DNA of 46,432 bases from Pseudomonadota bacterium (GCA_043825875.1 JBDRRF010000008.1:1-46432); one strand, 5' to 3'; shown: positions 31,803 through 42,415, numbered from the stretch's first letter. Numbers and translations are program-made. Notes: generated by a model from the letters alone, not told the origin.

Positions 31803-32474
31803 ATGATAGTAGCACAAAGAAAACCATTTGATGAAATAAAAAACCTTATAAAGGATTATAAAAAGGTTCTTAACGTTGGTTGCGGAACCTGCGTGGCCGT
31901 ATGTCTTGCAGGCGGTGAAAAAGAAGTTTCAGTTCTTAATGCAGAGCTTGATATGGCACGAAAGCTTGAAGATAATCCGATAGAGATAGACGGATTTACG
32001 GTTGAAAGACAGTGTGACAGAGAATATCTTGAAGCTCTTGATTCCAAGGTAAAAGATTATGAAGCTCTTGTTTCAATGGCATGCGGAGCAGGAATTCAAT
32101 TTCTTGCCGAAAGATATCCTGATAAACCGGTTTTTCCCGCTGTTGATACTACTTTTATAGGCGTAAACCAGGATGTCGGTTGGTATGAGGAAAGATGCCG
32201 TTCATGCAGCAGCTGTGTTTTAGGCCTTACAGGCGGTATATGCCCTGTTACCATGTGCGCAAAAGGCCTTTACAATGGTCCGTGCGGCGGGACAAATCAG
32301 GGAAGCTGCGAGATAGACAAGAACCAACCATGTGCTTGGTATATGATATATGAGAGGCTTAGTGCACAAAATCGTCTTGATTGTATTCTGGAGATAACTC
32401 CTCCTTCAAATTGGCAGAATCAGATACCAAGAACTGTGATTCAACCCGGGTACAAAAAACCGGAAAATTTATAA
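31803..32474 (+). CDS. metV: MetV subunit, copy 2
   Basis: GCGTCVAVC, ERQCD, ACGAG, RCRSCSSC, CPVTMCAKGLYNGPCGG. Confidence 0.92.
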   Translation: MIVAQRKPFDEIKNLIKDYKKVLNVGCGTCVAVCLAGGEKEVSVLNAELDMARKLEDNPIEIDGFTVERQCDREYLEALDSKVKDYEALVSMACGAGIQFLAERYPDKPVFPAVDTTFIGVNQDVGWYEERCRSCSSCVLGLTGGICPVTMCAKGLYNGPCGGTNQGSCEIDKNQPCAWYMIYERLSAQNRLDCILEITPPSNWQNQIPRTVIQPGYKKPENL

Positions 32475-32499
32475 AATTAATATATAGGACAACATAAAA

Positions 32500-33423
32500 A
32501 TGAAATCAGGCAGCAATTTGGAAAAAGTCTTGGAGGCGGGGCATTTTGCATTTACAGGTGAGCTTGGTCCGCCCCGCGGAACTGATGCCGATGAAGTAAG
32601 ACATAAAGCGTCACACTTAAAAGGTATGGTTGATTCAGTTAATATCACAGACAACCAGACAGCCGTTGTGCGTATGGCCAGTTGGGCCGCTTCCATAATC
32701 GCAATTCAGGAAGGGCTTGAGCCCAATTACCAGATGGTGTGCCGTGACCGTAACCGCCTTGCCATGCAAAGCGATATTCTTGGAGCATATGCCCTTGGAA
32801 TTAGAAACATGCTTTGCCTGTCCGGCGATCATCAGAAATTTGGTGACCACCCCCAGTCTAAAGGTGTTTTCGATATCGATTCAATGCAACTTATAGGCAT
32901 GGTAAAAGGAATGCGTGATGACGCAAAAATGTTAGGTGGTACGGAAATGGAACATCCACCTAAAATGTTTATCGGCGCAGCATCAAATCCCTTTGCCGAC
33001 CCATTTGAATGGAGAGTGCATCGCCTTGCCAAAAAGATAAAAGCAGGAGTTGATTTTATCCAGACACAATGCATATACAACATGGAAAAATTCAGAGCCT
33101 TCATGAAACAGGCAAATGATATGGGACTTACCGAAAAAGTCTATATTCTTGCCGGAGTCACTCCCATGAAAGGTGTCGGTATGGCAAAGTATATGAAAAA
33201 TAATGTGCCGGGCATGGATGTACCTGACGAACTTATTAAAAGGCTTCAGGGTGTTGACAAGAAGATGCAGGCGGATGAAGGCATAAAGATAGCATGTGAG
33301 CAGATAGAAGAGTTTAAAGAGATGAAAGGAGTTGCAGGAGTTCATCTTATGGCAATCGAATGGGAGCACAAGGTTCCTGAAATTGCCGAACGAGCGAAAG
33401 TTCTTCCAAGACCGGTATTTTAA
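32500..33423 (+). CDS. metF: Methylenetetrahydrofolate reductase MetF, copy 2
   Basis: ELGPPRG, NITDNQ, RDRNRLAMQSD, LSGDH, FIQTQ. Confidence 0.93.
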   Translation: MKSGSNLEKVLEAGHFAFTGELGPPRGTDADEVRHKASHLKGMVDSVNITDNQTAVVRMASWAASIIAIQEGLEPNYQMVCRDRNRLAMQSDILGAYALGIRNMLCLSGDHQKFGDHPQSKGVFDIDSMQLIGMVKGMRDDAKMLGGTEMEHPPKMFIGAASNPFADPFEWRVHRLAKKIKAGVDFIQTQCIYNMEKFRAFMKQANDMGLTEKVYILAGVTPMKGVGMAKYMKNNVPGMDVPDELIKRLQGVDKKMQADEGIKIACEQIEEFKEMKGVAGVHLMAIEWEHKVPEIAERAKVLPRPVF

Positions 33424-33437
33424 GTTAAAAAAAATTT

Positions 33438-33476
33438 ATCCTGTTAGAGAACTAAATCCTCTAACAGGATTTTTTT
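33438..33476 (+). terminator. Rho-independent terminator between convergent metF and fdh
   Basis: atcctgttagag...ctctaacaggat followed by a T run. Confidence 0.8.
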
Positions 33477-33502
33477 AATGACTTTCGTATAACCACATAT
33501 GA

Positions 33503-36500
33503 TTATATTTTCTCAACTGACACTGCGCAGGCTTTGTACTCCGCAGTAAAACTTACAGGATCAAATGCAGCATTAGTAAGCCAGTTTGCATTTGTCTCCC
33601 TGAAGTGAAAGGCCATCCATACCATACCGGCAGGTACCTGATCCGTTACTTTTGCTTTTACTATTACCTCGCCTCTTCTGGATTTAACTTTGACCTTCTC
33701 ACCTGTTTTAACACCAAGTTTTTCGGCATCAGCAAAAGAAATATCCGCGGTTTCTTCTCCCAATAGTTCATTAAGCCCTTTGGTATGGCCGGTTTGTGTT
33801 CGGGTATGATAATGATAAAGACGTCTGCCCGTACTTAACACAAAAGGATATTGCTGATCGCAAACCTCGGCAGGAGGCGTCCAGTCCACAGGAGTCAAAT
33901 TTCCAAGCCCGCAGGTAAAACAACCGTCTTTATGCAAAGTTGCAGTTCCCATATGATCTAAAGTTGGAGCAGGCCACTGAAGACCGTTTTCTTCTATACG
34001 CGAGTATTTGATACCGCCAAATTGGGGCGCTAATACGGAAACCTCATTGTCCCATATCTCCTGAGCGCTGTTTGATTCCCAGTTTTGCCCCATTCGTTTT
34101 GCAATCTCTTTAAATATCCACCAGTTCGGCTTAGCCTCTCCCGGCGGTTCTTTGACTGTTCGAACCCTGCTTACTCTTCGTTCGCTGTTTGTAAATGTAC
34201 CGTCATTTTCGCTCCAGGCAGCAGCCGGTAAAATCACATGGGCAAACCGGGTTGTTTCATTATGGAAGATATCCTGTACAACCATAAATTCGGCCGATTC
34301 CAGGCAATGTTCCACATGATGAATATCAGGTTCCGTGTTGGCAAGATTTTCACCGAAAACATAAAAGAATTTTATCTTGCCATCAACAAGACTATCCATC
34401 ATATGCGGCATCATCATGCCGTTTTTCTCAGGAAGTTTTTTCACTTTCCAGCCAGCTTCAAATTTGGCCCTTGCCTCCGGGCTTTCAACTTTCTGGTATC
34501 CATGAAACACATTCGGTAAAGCGCCCATATCGCATGCGCCCTGAACATTATTCTGGCCTCTTAATGGATTTACTCCTCCGCATTCAAAGCCAACATTTCC
34601 TAAAAGCATCTGAAGATTCGCGCAGCTTAAAACATTATTCACACCGCAAGTGTGTTCGGTAATTCCAAGAGTGTACATAAGCATAGCAGGTTTTGCAGAA
34701 GAAATACTTCTTGCAAACTTCCTGATAACTTCAGCATCAATTCCGGATATCTCCGCCGCCCTTTCCGGCGGGTATTCCATCACTTTTTCTTTAAGTTCTT
34801 CAAATCCCAAACAACATGATTTGACATATTCTTTGTCATATAAATCTTCGGTTATCAGCACATGCATAATACCGTTTATTAAAGCAATGTCACTTCCGAC
34901 TTTAAGCGGTAAATGCATTTTCGCCAGCTTCGCCAGATCGGTACGCCGCGGATCAACAACATATAACTGTGCACCTTTTTGGACTGCTCTTTTGACCGCG
35001 GCAGCAGCAACAGGGTGGGCTTCGGTCATGTTTGAGCCGATCACAAATATCATTTTGGCTTTATCAAAATCGGAAAAAGAATTTGTCATTGCACCTGAAC
35101 CAAAAGCAATCGCCAGACCGGCGACGGTAGGAGCATGTCACGTACGCGCGCAGTGATCGATGTTGTTCGTGCCGATCGCCGAGCGAAAGAGTTTTTGCAT
35201 CTGATAAGAATCTTCATTGATGCTCCGGGCGCAACTTACACCTGCAACTGCATCAGGCCCGTGTTTTTTGATAGTCTCTTTTAATTTGCTTACTATAAGA
35301 TCAAATGCTTCATCCCATGTGGCTTCCTTATATTGACGATCATCTTGCCTTATAAGAGGTACTTTAAGCCTTTCATCGGAATATATGAAATTAAATCCGA
35401 ACCTACCTTTTACACACAAATGGCCGTAATTGGGTGGCGCATCCGCACCATTTATCTTTACAACCCTGTCGCCAATCTTTTCCAGATTAAGCTGGCATCC
35501 CACTCCGCAGTAAGGACAGGTAGTCCTCACAGTTTCCAGCTTCCAGGGACCGGAAAGTCCCTGATGCTTTTCTGATAAAGCTCCGGTCGGACAATTTGCC
35601 AGGCAATAGCCGCAGGAAACGCAGCGATCATTTATACTCGGAATAAAAACAGGCGGGCCGCCTTCATTTCTGCTCTCATCTTGTTCCAGATCGAAAGCAT
35701 ACTGAACCTGATATTGTGAGCAGCCGTTCAAACACTTGCGGCAGGTAATACATTTGTTGGGATCTACTGTTATTAAAGGGTGTTTATCTATTATGTCATA
35801 TTTTCTTTTCTTCCATGACTGCAAGTTATCCTGATCAACTCCATATATCGTAGCATATTCTCTTAACCTGCATTCAAAAGCATCATGGCAGCCGCAGGAA
35901 AGACATCTTGCAGCTTCTTCTTTGGCCTGAGCCTCGGTCAAAACCAGTTCAGCTTCTCCAAAACTCTTAACTCTTTGAGAAACCGGAAGAATCGGTGTTT
36001 CATTACGCGGTCGGCTTCTAATACCTTCAAAATTGGCCTGGTCAACTTCTTTTAATTTCCCTTTTGTTATATTAAAAGGTTTTACATCAGGTATAACAGC
36101 TCCATCGGTCAGATAGCTGTGGATAGACAACGCGGCCTCACGTCCGTCAGCACTTGCCTGAATAACAGTTCTCGGGCCTCTTAAAAGATCTCCGCCTAAA
36201 AACAGATACGGAATACATGACTGGAGGGTGTTTGTATCCGTTTCGGGAATTCCTTTTTTCGTAAAAGAAGCTTCTTTAAGTTCCGTATCCTCTTTTAAGA
36301 ATTGCACATCCGAAAATTGTCCGATAGATATAACAGCCTGATCGGCTTCAAGAATTGTTTCGGAACCTTCGATAGCAACAGGTCTCGGACGACCGCTGCT
36401 GTCTGCAGCTTTGAGTTCATTTTTAAGATATTCAACGCCGGAAAAAACTCCGTCTTTGGAAATAATTCTTGCCGGAGTAGCAAGTATATGTATCTTTACG

Positions 36501-37627
36501 CCTTCTTCTTCAGCATCATGGATCTCCTGCGGGTTAGCAGGCATTTCTGCTTTGGTACGACGATAAAGCATTATTACTTCTTGGGCACCCATGCGAAGGC
36601 AGCTTCGGGCTGCATCCATACCAGTATTTCCATTACCGATTACTACCACCTTTTTACCAACTGGCGGCGGATCACCGGAAGCGGTTCGAATCAGAAATTC
36701 GATGGCGGACATGACTCCCCGCATATCTTCTCCGGGAATTCCCAACTTATATGAATTCCATGCTCCTATGGCTAAAAATATCGCATCATAGCCTTCGCTT
36801 TTAAGCGATGCCAGAGTAAAATCTTTTCCGAATTTCCTGTTCGCAATAACTGTTACGCCAAGATCCAGAATCTCCTGTATTTCCTGATCAAGCACAGCCT
36901 TGGGAAGACGATATTCAGGAATACCGTATCTTAACATACCACCAAGCTTGGGCATGGCATCATATATGGTTGCTTGATGTCCTTTAAGACGCAAATAATA
37001 AGCTGCGGCAAGGCCTGCCGGTCCGCCTCCTATTATTGCTACCTTTTTGCCGGTATCGGGAGGTGGTGCAGGTGTTACCCTGATTCCGCGCTCGGCAGCA
37101 TAATCAGCCGCAAACCTTTTAAGGTCTTTTATGTTGATAGCTTTTTCAACACGATTGCGGCGGCATTCTAACTCACAAGGATGCGGACACACTCTTCCAA
37201 GCGTTGCTGCAAAAGGAGTCTTTTCTTTTACCAGCCGAAGAGCTTCTATAGGATCGCCTCTTTCAATATGAGCAACATAACCTTGGATATCCAGATGTCC
37301 GGGACAAGTCATATGACATGGCGCCACACAATCTCCGTAATGCTGCTCCAGCATTAACGTTAAAAGTCCTTTGCGTGTTTCTAAAACAAGAGGAGAATCC
37401 GTATGAACCACCATTGCTTCTTTAACCATTGTAGAACAGGAAGCAATAAGCTTGTTTTCGCCTTCCACTTCAACAACACAGATCCGGCAGGCTTCTTCAG
37501 GTTTTAACAATGGATTATGACACAGGGTCGGAATAAAAATCCCTTCTTGCGCTGCCGCCTGCAATATAGTGTTCCCGGCTTTTGTTTCAACGGTTTGACC
37601 ATTAATAGTAAGAGATACTTTTGACAT
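33503..37627 (-). CDS. fdhF: Selenocysteine formate dehydrogenase alpha subunit fused to [2Fe-2S] and GltD-like FAD/NAD(P) domains, 1374 aa
   Basis: NNIDHCART-TGA(35140..35138)-HAPTVAGLAIAFGSGAMTNS joins ORFs 35138..37627 and 33503..35089; TTCPYCGVGC, PLRGQNNVQGACDMG. Confidence 0.93.
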
Positions 37628-37737
37628 ATATCACTCCGCTATAGGTATTTATGTTATTGTTTGGAGCTTTTCGCAGTATAATATTGGAAAAACCCGAGCC
37701 TTTCGCTATGAAAGTTTCGATTATAAAATAAACGCGA

Positions 37738-37761
37738 ATATATGACAAGAATGTCATATAT
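37738..37761. promoter_or_regulatory. Perfect palindrome upstream of fdh (operator candidate)
   Basis: ATATATGACA-AGAA-TGTCATATAT next to a minus-strand TTGACA at 37768..37763. Confidence 0.5.
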
Positions 37762-38043
37762 ATGTCAAGAAAAAACATGCCTTTTGACGCAATACCCATA
37801 AACTCCTCATTTACAGTATATACTATAATAGGGCTTAATTCTAACTTAGAACATATAATTATTAAGAATTGCGAATAGCTACCATATGCCTTATCTTTAT
37901 GATTAGCAAAATCTATCCATATGACATTTGAGATTAATATTATATATTTGACCACTTATAAGCTCCACCTTATCTTTAATTATTAAAATATGAAAATGAT
38001 CCTCATGACCGTACCGATATTTTAAAAAATCATAGGAGAAAAA

Positions 38044-39054
38044 ATGAAAAAATTACATATTGCATTGCTGTTCGCTTTTTTATTAATCACGGTACCGGCC
38101 TTTGCAGAAATACCTTCGGGGAATCTTACCTTTATAATAACTCCTTCTATTACGGACGGAACCAAGGATGTAAAACTGTGGCTGCCATACCCAATGAGTG
38201 ACAAGTTTCAGACTATCAGCAATATGAAAATTACAGGCAATTATCAACAAACAGCTATTTACCGCGACCCGATTTCCGAAGCAGTTTATTTATATGCCGC
38301 ATGGAAAGAACCTGTGGACAAACCCATATGTGTTATGAGTTTTCACATCAGTCAGAAAAACCGTAGAAATACTGACCTGAAAGACTCCGAAAATATATAT
38401 CCTGAACTTGTTTTAAAATATCTTGAATCTACAGATGAAATTCCGGCCAATGATCCGAAAATGAAGAAGATTGCGAATAAAACGATAAAAGGCAAAAAGG
38501 GTACTCTTGAAAAAGCTAAAGCTATTTACGACTGGGTAGTACAAAACACCTTCAGAGATCCTGATGTAAAAGGCTGCGGCCTTGGATTACCCCACAGAAC
38601 CATTGAACAATGTAAAGGCGGGGGAAAATGTGCTGATATAAGTGCTGTTTTTGTAACTTTAGCCCGTGCAGCCGGTATTCCGGCAAGAGATGTTTACGGC
38701 CTTCGCCTGGCTTTACCCAAAGATGGAGATGTTACAAGCGGCTTTCATTGCTGGGCTGAATTTTACCTTCCCGGCACAGGATGGGTAATGGTGGACCCTG
38801 CAGATGTAAGGAAAATGATGCTGGTACACAAACTGGAATTAAAGGATGCAATGGACTGGCACAATTTTTTCTGGGGCGGTGATGATCTTTTCAGACTTGT
38901 TCTTGAGAAAAATTCACGAGGCGTTTCGCTTTACAAAGCGGAACAGAAAATCAGCTATTTCATGTATCCAGCAGCCCAGGTAGACGGCAAAATGCTTAAT
39001 TATTTTGATGCAGCAGGATTCAGCTATAAACTGGAATACATTCAGGATAAATAA
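38044..39054 (+). CDS. Exported transglutaminase-like domain protein
   Basis: Signal peptide ending AFA; GGKCADI, FHCWAEF, VDP (Cys-His-Asp triad). Confidence 0.9.
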   Translation: MKKLHIALLFAFLLITVPAFAEIPSGNLTFIITPSITDGTKDVKLWLPYPMSDKFQTISNMKITGNYQQTAIYRDPISEAVYLYAAWKEPVDKPICVMSFHISQKNRRNTDLKDSENIYPELVLKYLESTDEIPANDPKMKKIANKTIKGKKGTLEKAKAIYDWVVQNTFRDPDVKGCGLGLPHRTIEQCKGGGKCADISAVFVTLARAAGIPARDVYGLRLALPKDGDVTSGFHCWAEFYLPGTGWVMVDPADVRKMMLVHKLELKDAMDWHNFFWGGDDLFRLVLEKNSRGVSLYKAEQKISYFMYPAAQVDGKMLNYFDAAGFSYKLEYIQDK

Positions 39055-39074
39055 CGCCATTCATTGGATAAGTA

Positions 39075-39103
39075 AGGCTCCTCCCGTAAAACGGGAGAAG
39101 CCT
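39075..39103. terminator. Hairpin between convergent genes
   Basis: aggctcctcccgt-aaa-acgggagaagcct. Confidence 0.6.
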
Positions 39104-39109
39104 CTCTAT

Positions 39110-40093
39110 TTAAAATAACGGAAGCTTGAACCCCCCTATTCCGGTATTTTTTTCAGCGCTTCCTGCCTGCATTCCGGTCAACTGGGACAGCCTGTTTTCG
39201 ATCTCGCTTTCCAGCCCTTCAAATCCTGCAAGACTTCCCTTTGCCTCCTGAACCGGACCTTTTACTTTATCCGATATGCCTGCACGAAGTTTGTTTTGAA
39301 ATAATGCAGCTTGTTCTTTTACTGCCGAGCCTATGGCGTTTTTAAGCAATCCGTCAAGGTTTGAAGATATATTAATTTTATAGTTATCCACAGGTCCTTT
39401 AATATCGGCTTTAATGTCTATTTTTGATACCCCTTTTAAAGCGCTTGAAACGGCTTTTGCGTAGCCGGAAGACACATCACCTGATAACATGCTAACATCG
39501 TTTAGGTTAAGTTTTACTGCCGCATCAATAATACCCTTTTTTAATATTGCTTCAAGATCCATGTCCGCATTGCCTTTTTCGAAAGTAAGCGGCAATGATG
39601 AACTTTTGGAAATGCTTGCTGCTTTAATTTTATAGTTCTTAAGCTGTAAATTAAATTTATCTGAAGGAAAATCAGGTTTAATGCGGTTTACTGATCCGTC
39701 AAGTTTAACTGAATTAACGCCTGAAAGCTTATCTCCTGAAAAATCAAAAGTAATAGGAAGGCCAAGTATTTTCTGATCGGAAGAAATATCTTTTATTTTA
39801 CCGGAGAATTCTCCCATTGGAAGATTTACGGAAACATTTGAAAGGCGTATAAGAAAATCAGGCATAGTTTCATTTTCTGCCGATGGTTTAACATCTTCTA
39901 TCTTTTCTTTTTTATCGCCGTCTTTTTTATTAATAAAGGGCTCAAGCCTTTGCTTCCAGTAAAGCCCCCTGTCAACCCATTGTTGAATTTCAGGGCCTAT
40001 AAAATAACGGCTGATGTTTGACAAGCCTGAAGCTGATAATCCGTATTTTTCCGAAAGCCTGCGAATATCTTCCTGGGGATGAAACTTTCTCAC
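39110..40093 (-). pseudogene. 5'-truncated gene resembling the C-terminal half of TIGR03545/AsmA-like proteins
   Basis: PDFLIR, DISSDQKILGLP, ISSNLD motifs; first ~8 codons derive from a MITE fragment; no RBS or N-terminal anchor. Confidence 0.6.
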
Positions 40094-40135
40094 GCCTTGA
40101 GCTTGACCAAACTGAAACGTTTGTAAATTAGCTCA
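40070..40135 (+). mobile_element. Partial, decayed copy of the MITE-like element (right half)
   Basis: cgccttgagcttgaccaaactgaaacgttt is identical to the full copies; flanks match imperfectly. Confidence 0.8.
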
Positions 40136-40150
40136 GATGAATATCATTTC

Positions 40151-40381
40151 TCAGGTAACATGTTTAACGAAAACAGCGTCCAAGGGGCAGGCTTCAATAC
40201 AATCCCAGCATCCCATACACATATCCTGAAATATCATGGGTTGTTCGAAAACACCATCAATCTGTTTAATCACTTTGTGTGTGCATGCTGGTACAGCGGC
40301 ACAAAGCCCTTCGTCCGGGTTACATATTTTTGGATCGCATACAGCATAATTAACTAAAGCAAATGATTTTTTAGACTGCAC
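40151..40381 (-). CDS. Small 4Fe-4S ferredoxin-like protein
   Basis: CDPKIC..C...C and CMGCWDCIEACP. Confidence 0.85.
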   Translation of the reverse strand: MQSKKSFALVNYAVCDPKICNPDEGLCAAVPACTHKVIKQIDGVFEQPMIFQDMCMGCWDCIEACPLDAVFVKHVT

Positions 40382-40449
40382 AAATATTTCCCGCTACACA
40401 GTTTTTCATACGATTAATTGCTAAAACCCCAATTTACAAAATAAATAGG

Positions 40450-41580
40450 TTAATTCATCATAAAGCTCCAAAGTATGCCGGCACAGATGGCTGAACCGAT
40501 GACACCTGAAGCATTGCACGCCATAGCATGCATGAGCAGATAATTATCCGGGTCCTCTTTTTGAGCCACAAGATGTACTTCACGCGCCGATCCAGGCACA
40601 GCAGAAACGCCTGCGGCACCCAACAAAGGATTTATCTTCTCCTTAAGAAAGATATTCATTATCTTCGCAAACAAAACACCGGAAGCAGTGGCTATGGAAA
40701 AGGCAATTAAACCAAGAATAAAAATTCCCAATGCTTTGGGTGTGACAAAAACATCGGCTTGAGTACTTGCACCAACGGTAAAACCAAGAAAGATAGTGGC
40801 AGTGTCTATAATAGTAGAGCTTGCTGTTTTGGCCAACCGATCTACGACACCGGAAACTTTCATCAGATTACCAAAGAAAAAAGGACCGAGAAGAGGTATG
40901 GATGCCGGTGCCAAGAAGCAGCAAAGTAAAACGCCAATAACGGGGAAGAAGAGCAGTTCTTTGCGAGTAACTTGTCGTTTGTTATCAGGCATGCGGATCA
41001 ATCGTTCCTTTTTAGTGGTTAGCAACCGCATGATAGGTGGTTGTATTAATGGTATCATTGCCATATAAGAATATGCGGCAATGGCAATGGGGCCGATCAG
41101 ATCCGGCGCCAGTTTAGCTGTCAGAAAGATAGAGGTTGGGCCGTCTGCCCCACCTATTATTGCTACCGAGGCAGCCTCATTGGGCGTAAAGCCTAAAGCC
41201 AGCGCGCTAAGCAAGGTGAAGTAAATACCCATTTGGGCGGCAGCGCCCAATAGCATCAGTTTGGGTCTTGTCAATAACGAAGAAAAGTCGGTCATTGCAC
41301 CAAGGCCAAGAAACACAATGGCAGGATATAATCCTGTTGTTACACCAAAATAAAGATAGTGCAGTACACTGTTATCTTCGTAAATACCAAGGCCGAATCC
41401 TTTAAAAAAAGGTATATTGCCAACAATAATACCAAAGCCGATGGGCAACAGTAAAAAAGGTTCATACTTCTTGGCGATAGATAAATAGCAAAATAGAATA
41501 CCTACTGCTATCATGATAATATATCTATAATCGACCATTGCAAAACCGGTATTTTTCAAAAAGCCAAGAGCCAGTTCCAT
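40450..41580 (-). CDS. oadB: Na+-translocating decarboxylase beta subunit
   Basis: YEPFLLLPIGFG, GAMTDF, LLGAAAQ, IIGGADGPT, AAYSYMA, GAAGVSAVP. Confidence 0.93.
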   Translation of the reverse strand: MELALGFLKNTGFAMVDYRYIIMIAVGILFCYLSIAKKYEPFLLLPIGFGIIVGNIPFFKGFGLGIYEDNSVLHYLYFGVTTGLYPAIVFLGLGAMTDFSSLLTRPKLMLLGAAAQMGIYFTLLSALALGFTPNEAASVAIIGGADGPTSIFLTAKLAPDLIGPIAIAAYSYMAMIPLIQPPIMRLLTTKKERLIRMPDNKRQVTRKELLFFPVIGVLLCCFLAPASIPLLGPFFFGNLMKVSGVVDRLAKTASSTIIDTATIFLGFTVGASTQADVFVTPKALGIFILGLIAFSIATASGVLFAKIMNIFLKEKINPLLGAAGVSAVPGSAREVHLVAQKEDPDNYLLMHAMACNASGVIGSAICAGILWSFMMN

Positions 41581-41624
41581 TAAATCAAATATCCTCGGTT
41601 ATATGTAGTAAAAGAACCTGTCAT

Positions 41625-42035
41625 TTAGTTATTTTTCCAGATAAACCTTCCTTCACCAACAGGCACAAGAAATCCTGCTTCTCTTAGCGATCGAATGGTA
41701 ATATGCGGATGTGGCATTTGCTCCCTTTGTGTAAGCTGATAGAGTTTGGATAATTCGAACTTGCTTCCTAAGTCTTTTGAAATAACCTTATATGTTTTTG
41801 CAGTTGCCTCCAGATCTTTCAGCAACCCCATGTTTGCATCAAACTGATTTGCAGGCAAAGACATTTTTTTTTGCTGCCCGGTCCCAAACTGTTTTTTCTC
41901 GAAGAGCATGATAACCTTGTGTAATTGGGATATTATAAAAGATAAAATTGACAATCCGAGAATGACTATGATTGCACCGGTTATCGCCATTGCCCAACCA
42001 TTATTAGCCGAAATATGTCCAAAATCGAAATGCAT
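41625..42035 (-). CDS. oadG: OadG-family gamma subunit with soluble C-terminal domain
   Basis: Single N-terminal TM helix (AITGAIIVILGLSILSFII) directly upstream of oadB; AGGAGG RBS. Confidence 0.7.
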   Translation of the reverse strand: MHFDFGHISANNGWAMAITGAIIVILGLSILSFIISQLHKVIMLFEKKQFGTGQQKKMSLPANQFDANMGLLKDLEATAKTYKVISKDLGSKFELSKLYQLTQREQMPHPHITIRSLREAGFLVPVGEGRFIWKNN

Positions 42036-42276
42036 GGCGGATATGCCTCCTATGCCCGAAAATAGCTAAGAGTAAAAGGCGCATCAAAATCCGGGCCGGG
42101 TAAAAGATATATTACTTTGTAATAAGTGTATAGGAATTCAGTATATGCGTCAAGATTTGCTTTCCTCTTACGATAAAACGATCTATCTTCACCATCCACC
42201 GGAATCTTTATTATTCTATGTGCCTATTACTTTTTATAACTCAATCAAGTCTAAAAAAGACGATTTTGTTTTTTTC

Positions 42277-42305
42277 TTGACTAGGTATTAACATTTTTTT
42301 ATACT
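42277..42305 (+). promoter_or_regulatory. Putative sigma70 promoter
   Basis: TTGACT-N17-TATACT. Confidence 0.6.
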
Positions 42306-42415
42306 ATAATCATTTTAAATTACAAAATATCCTTTTAGATGCAATAAATTTCCAATCGATTGATAATATACTCTGCAAAGTTCGCTTATAGTAATCTCAA
42401 AAAGGAAATCAAAGC

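Noticed and set aside
21753..37627. Reading the split hdrA, mvhD, hdrD-like and fdh ORFs as nonsense pseudogenes
   Set aside because: Every break is TGA at a conserved Cys column, repeated across paralogs and followed by a hairpin, which fits Sec recoding.
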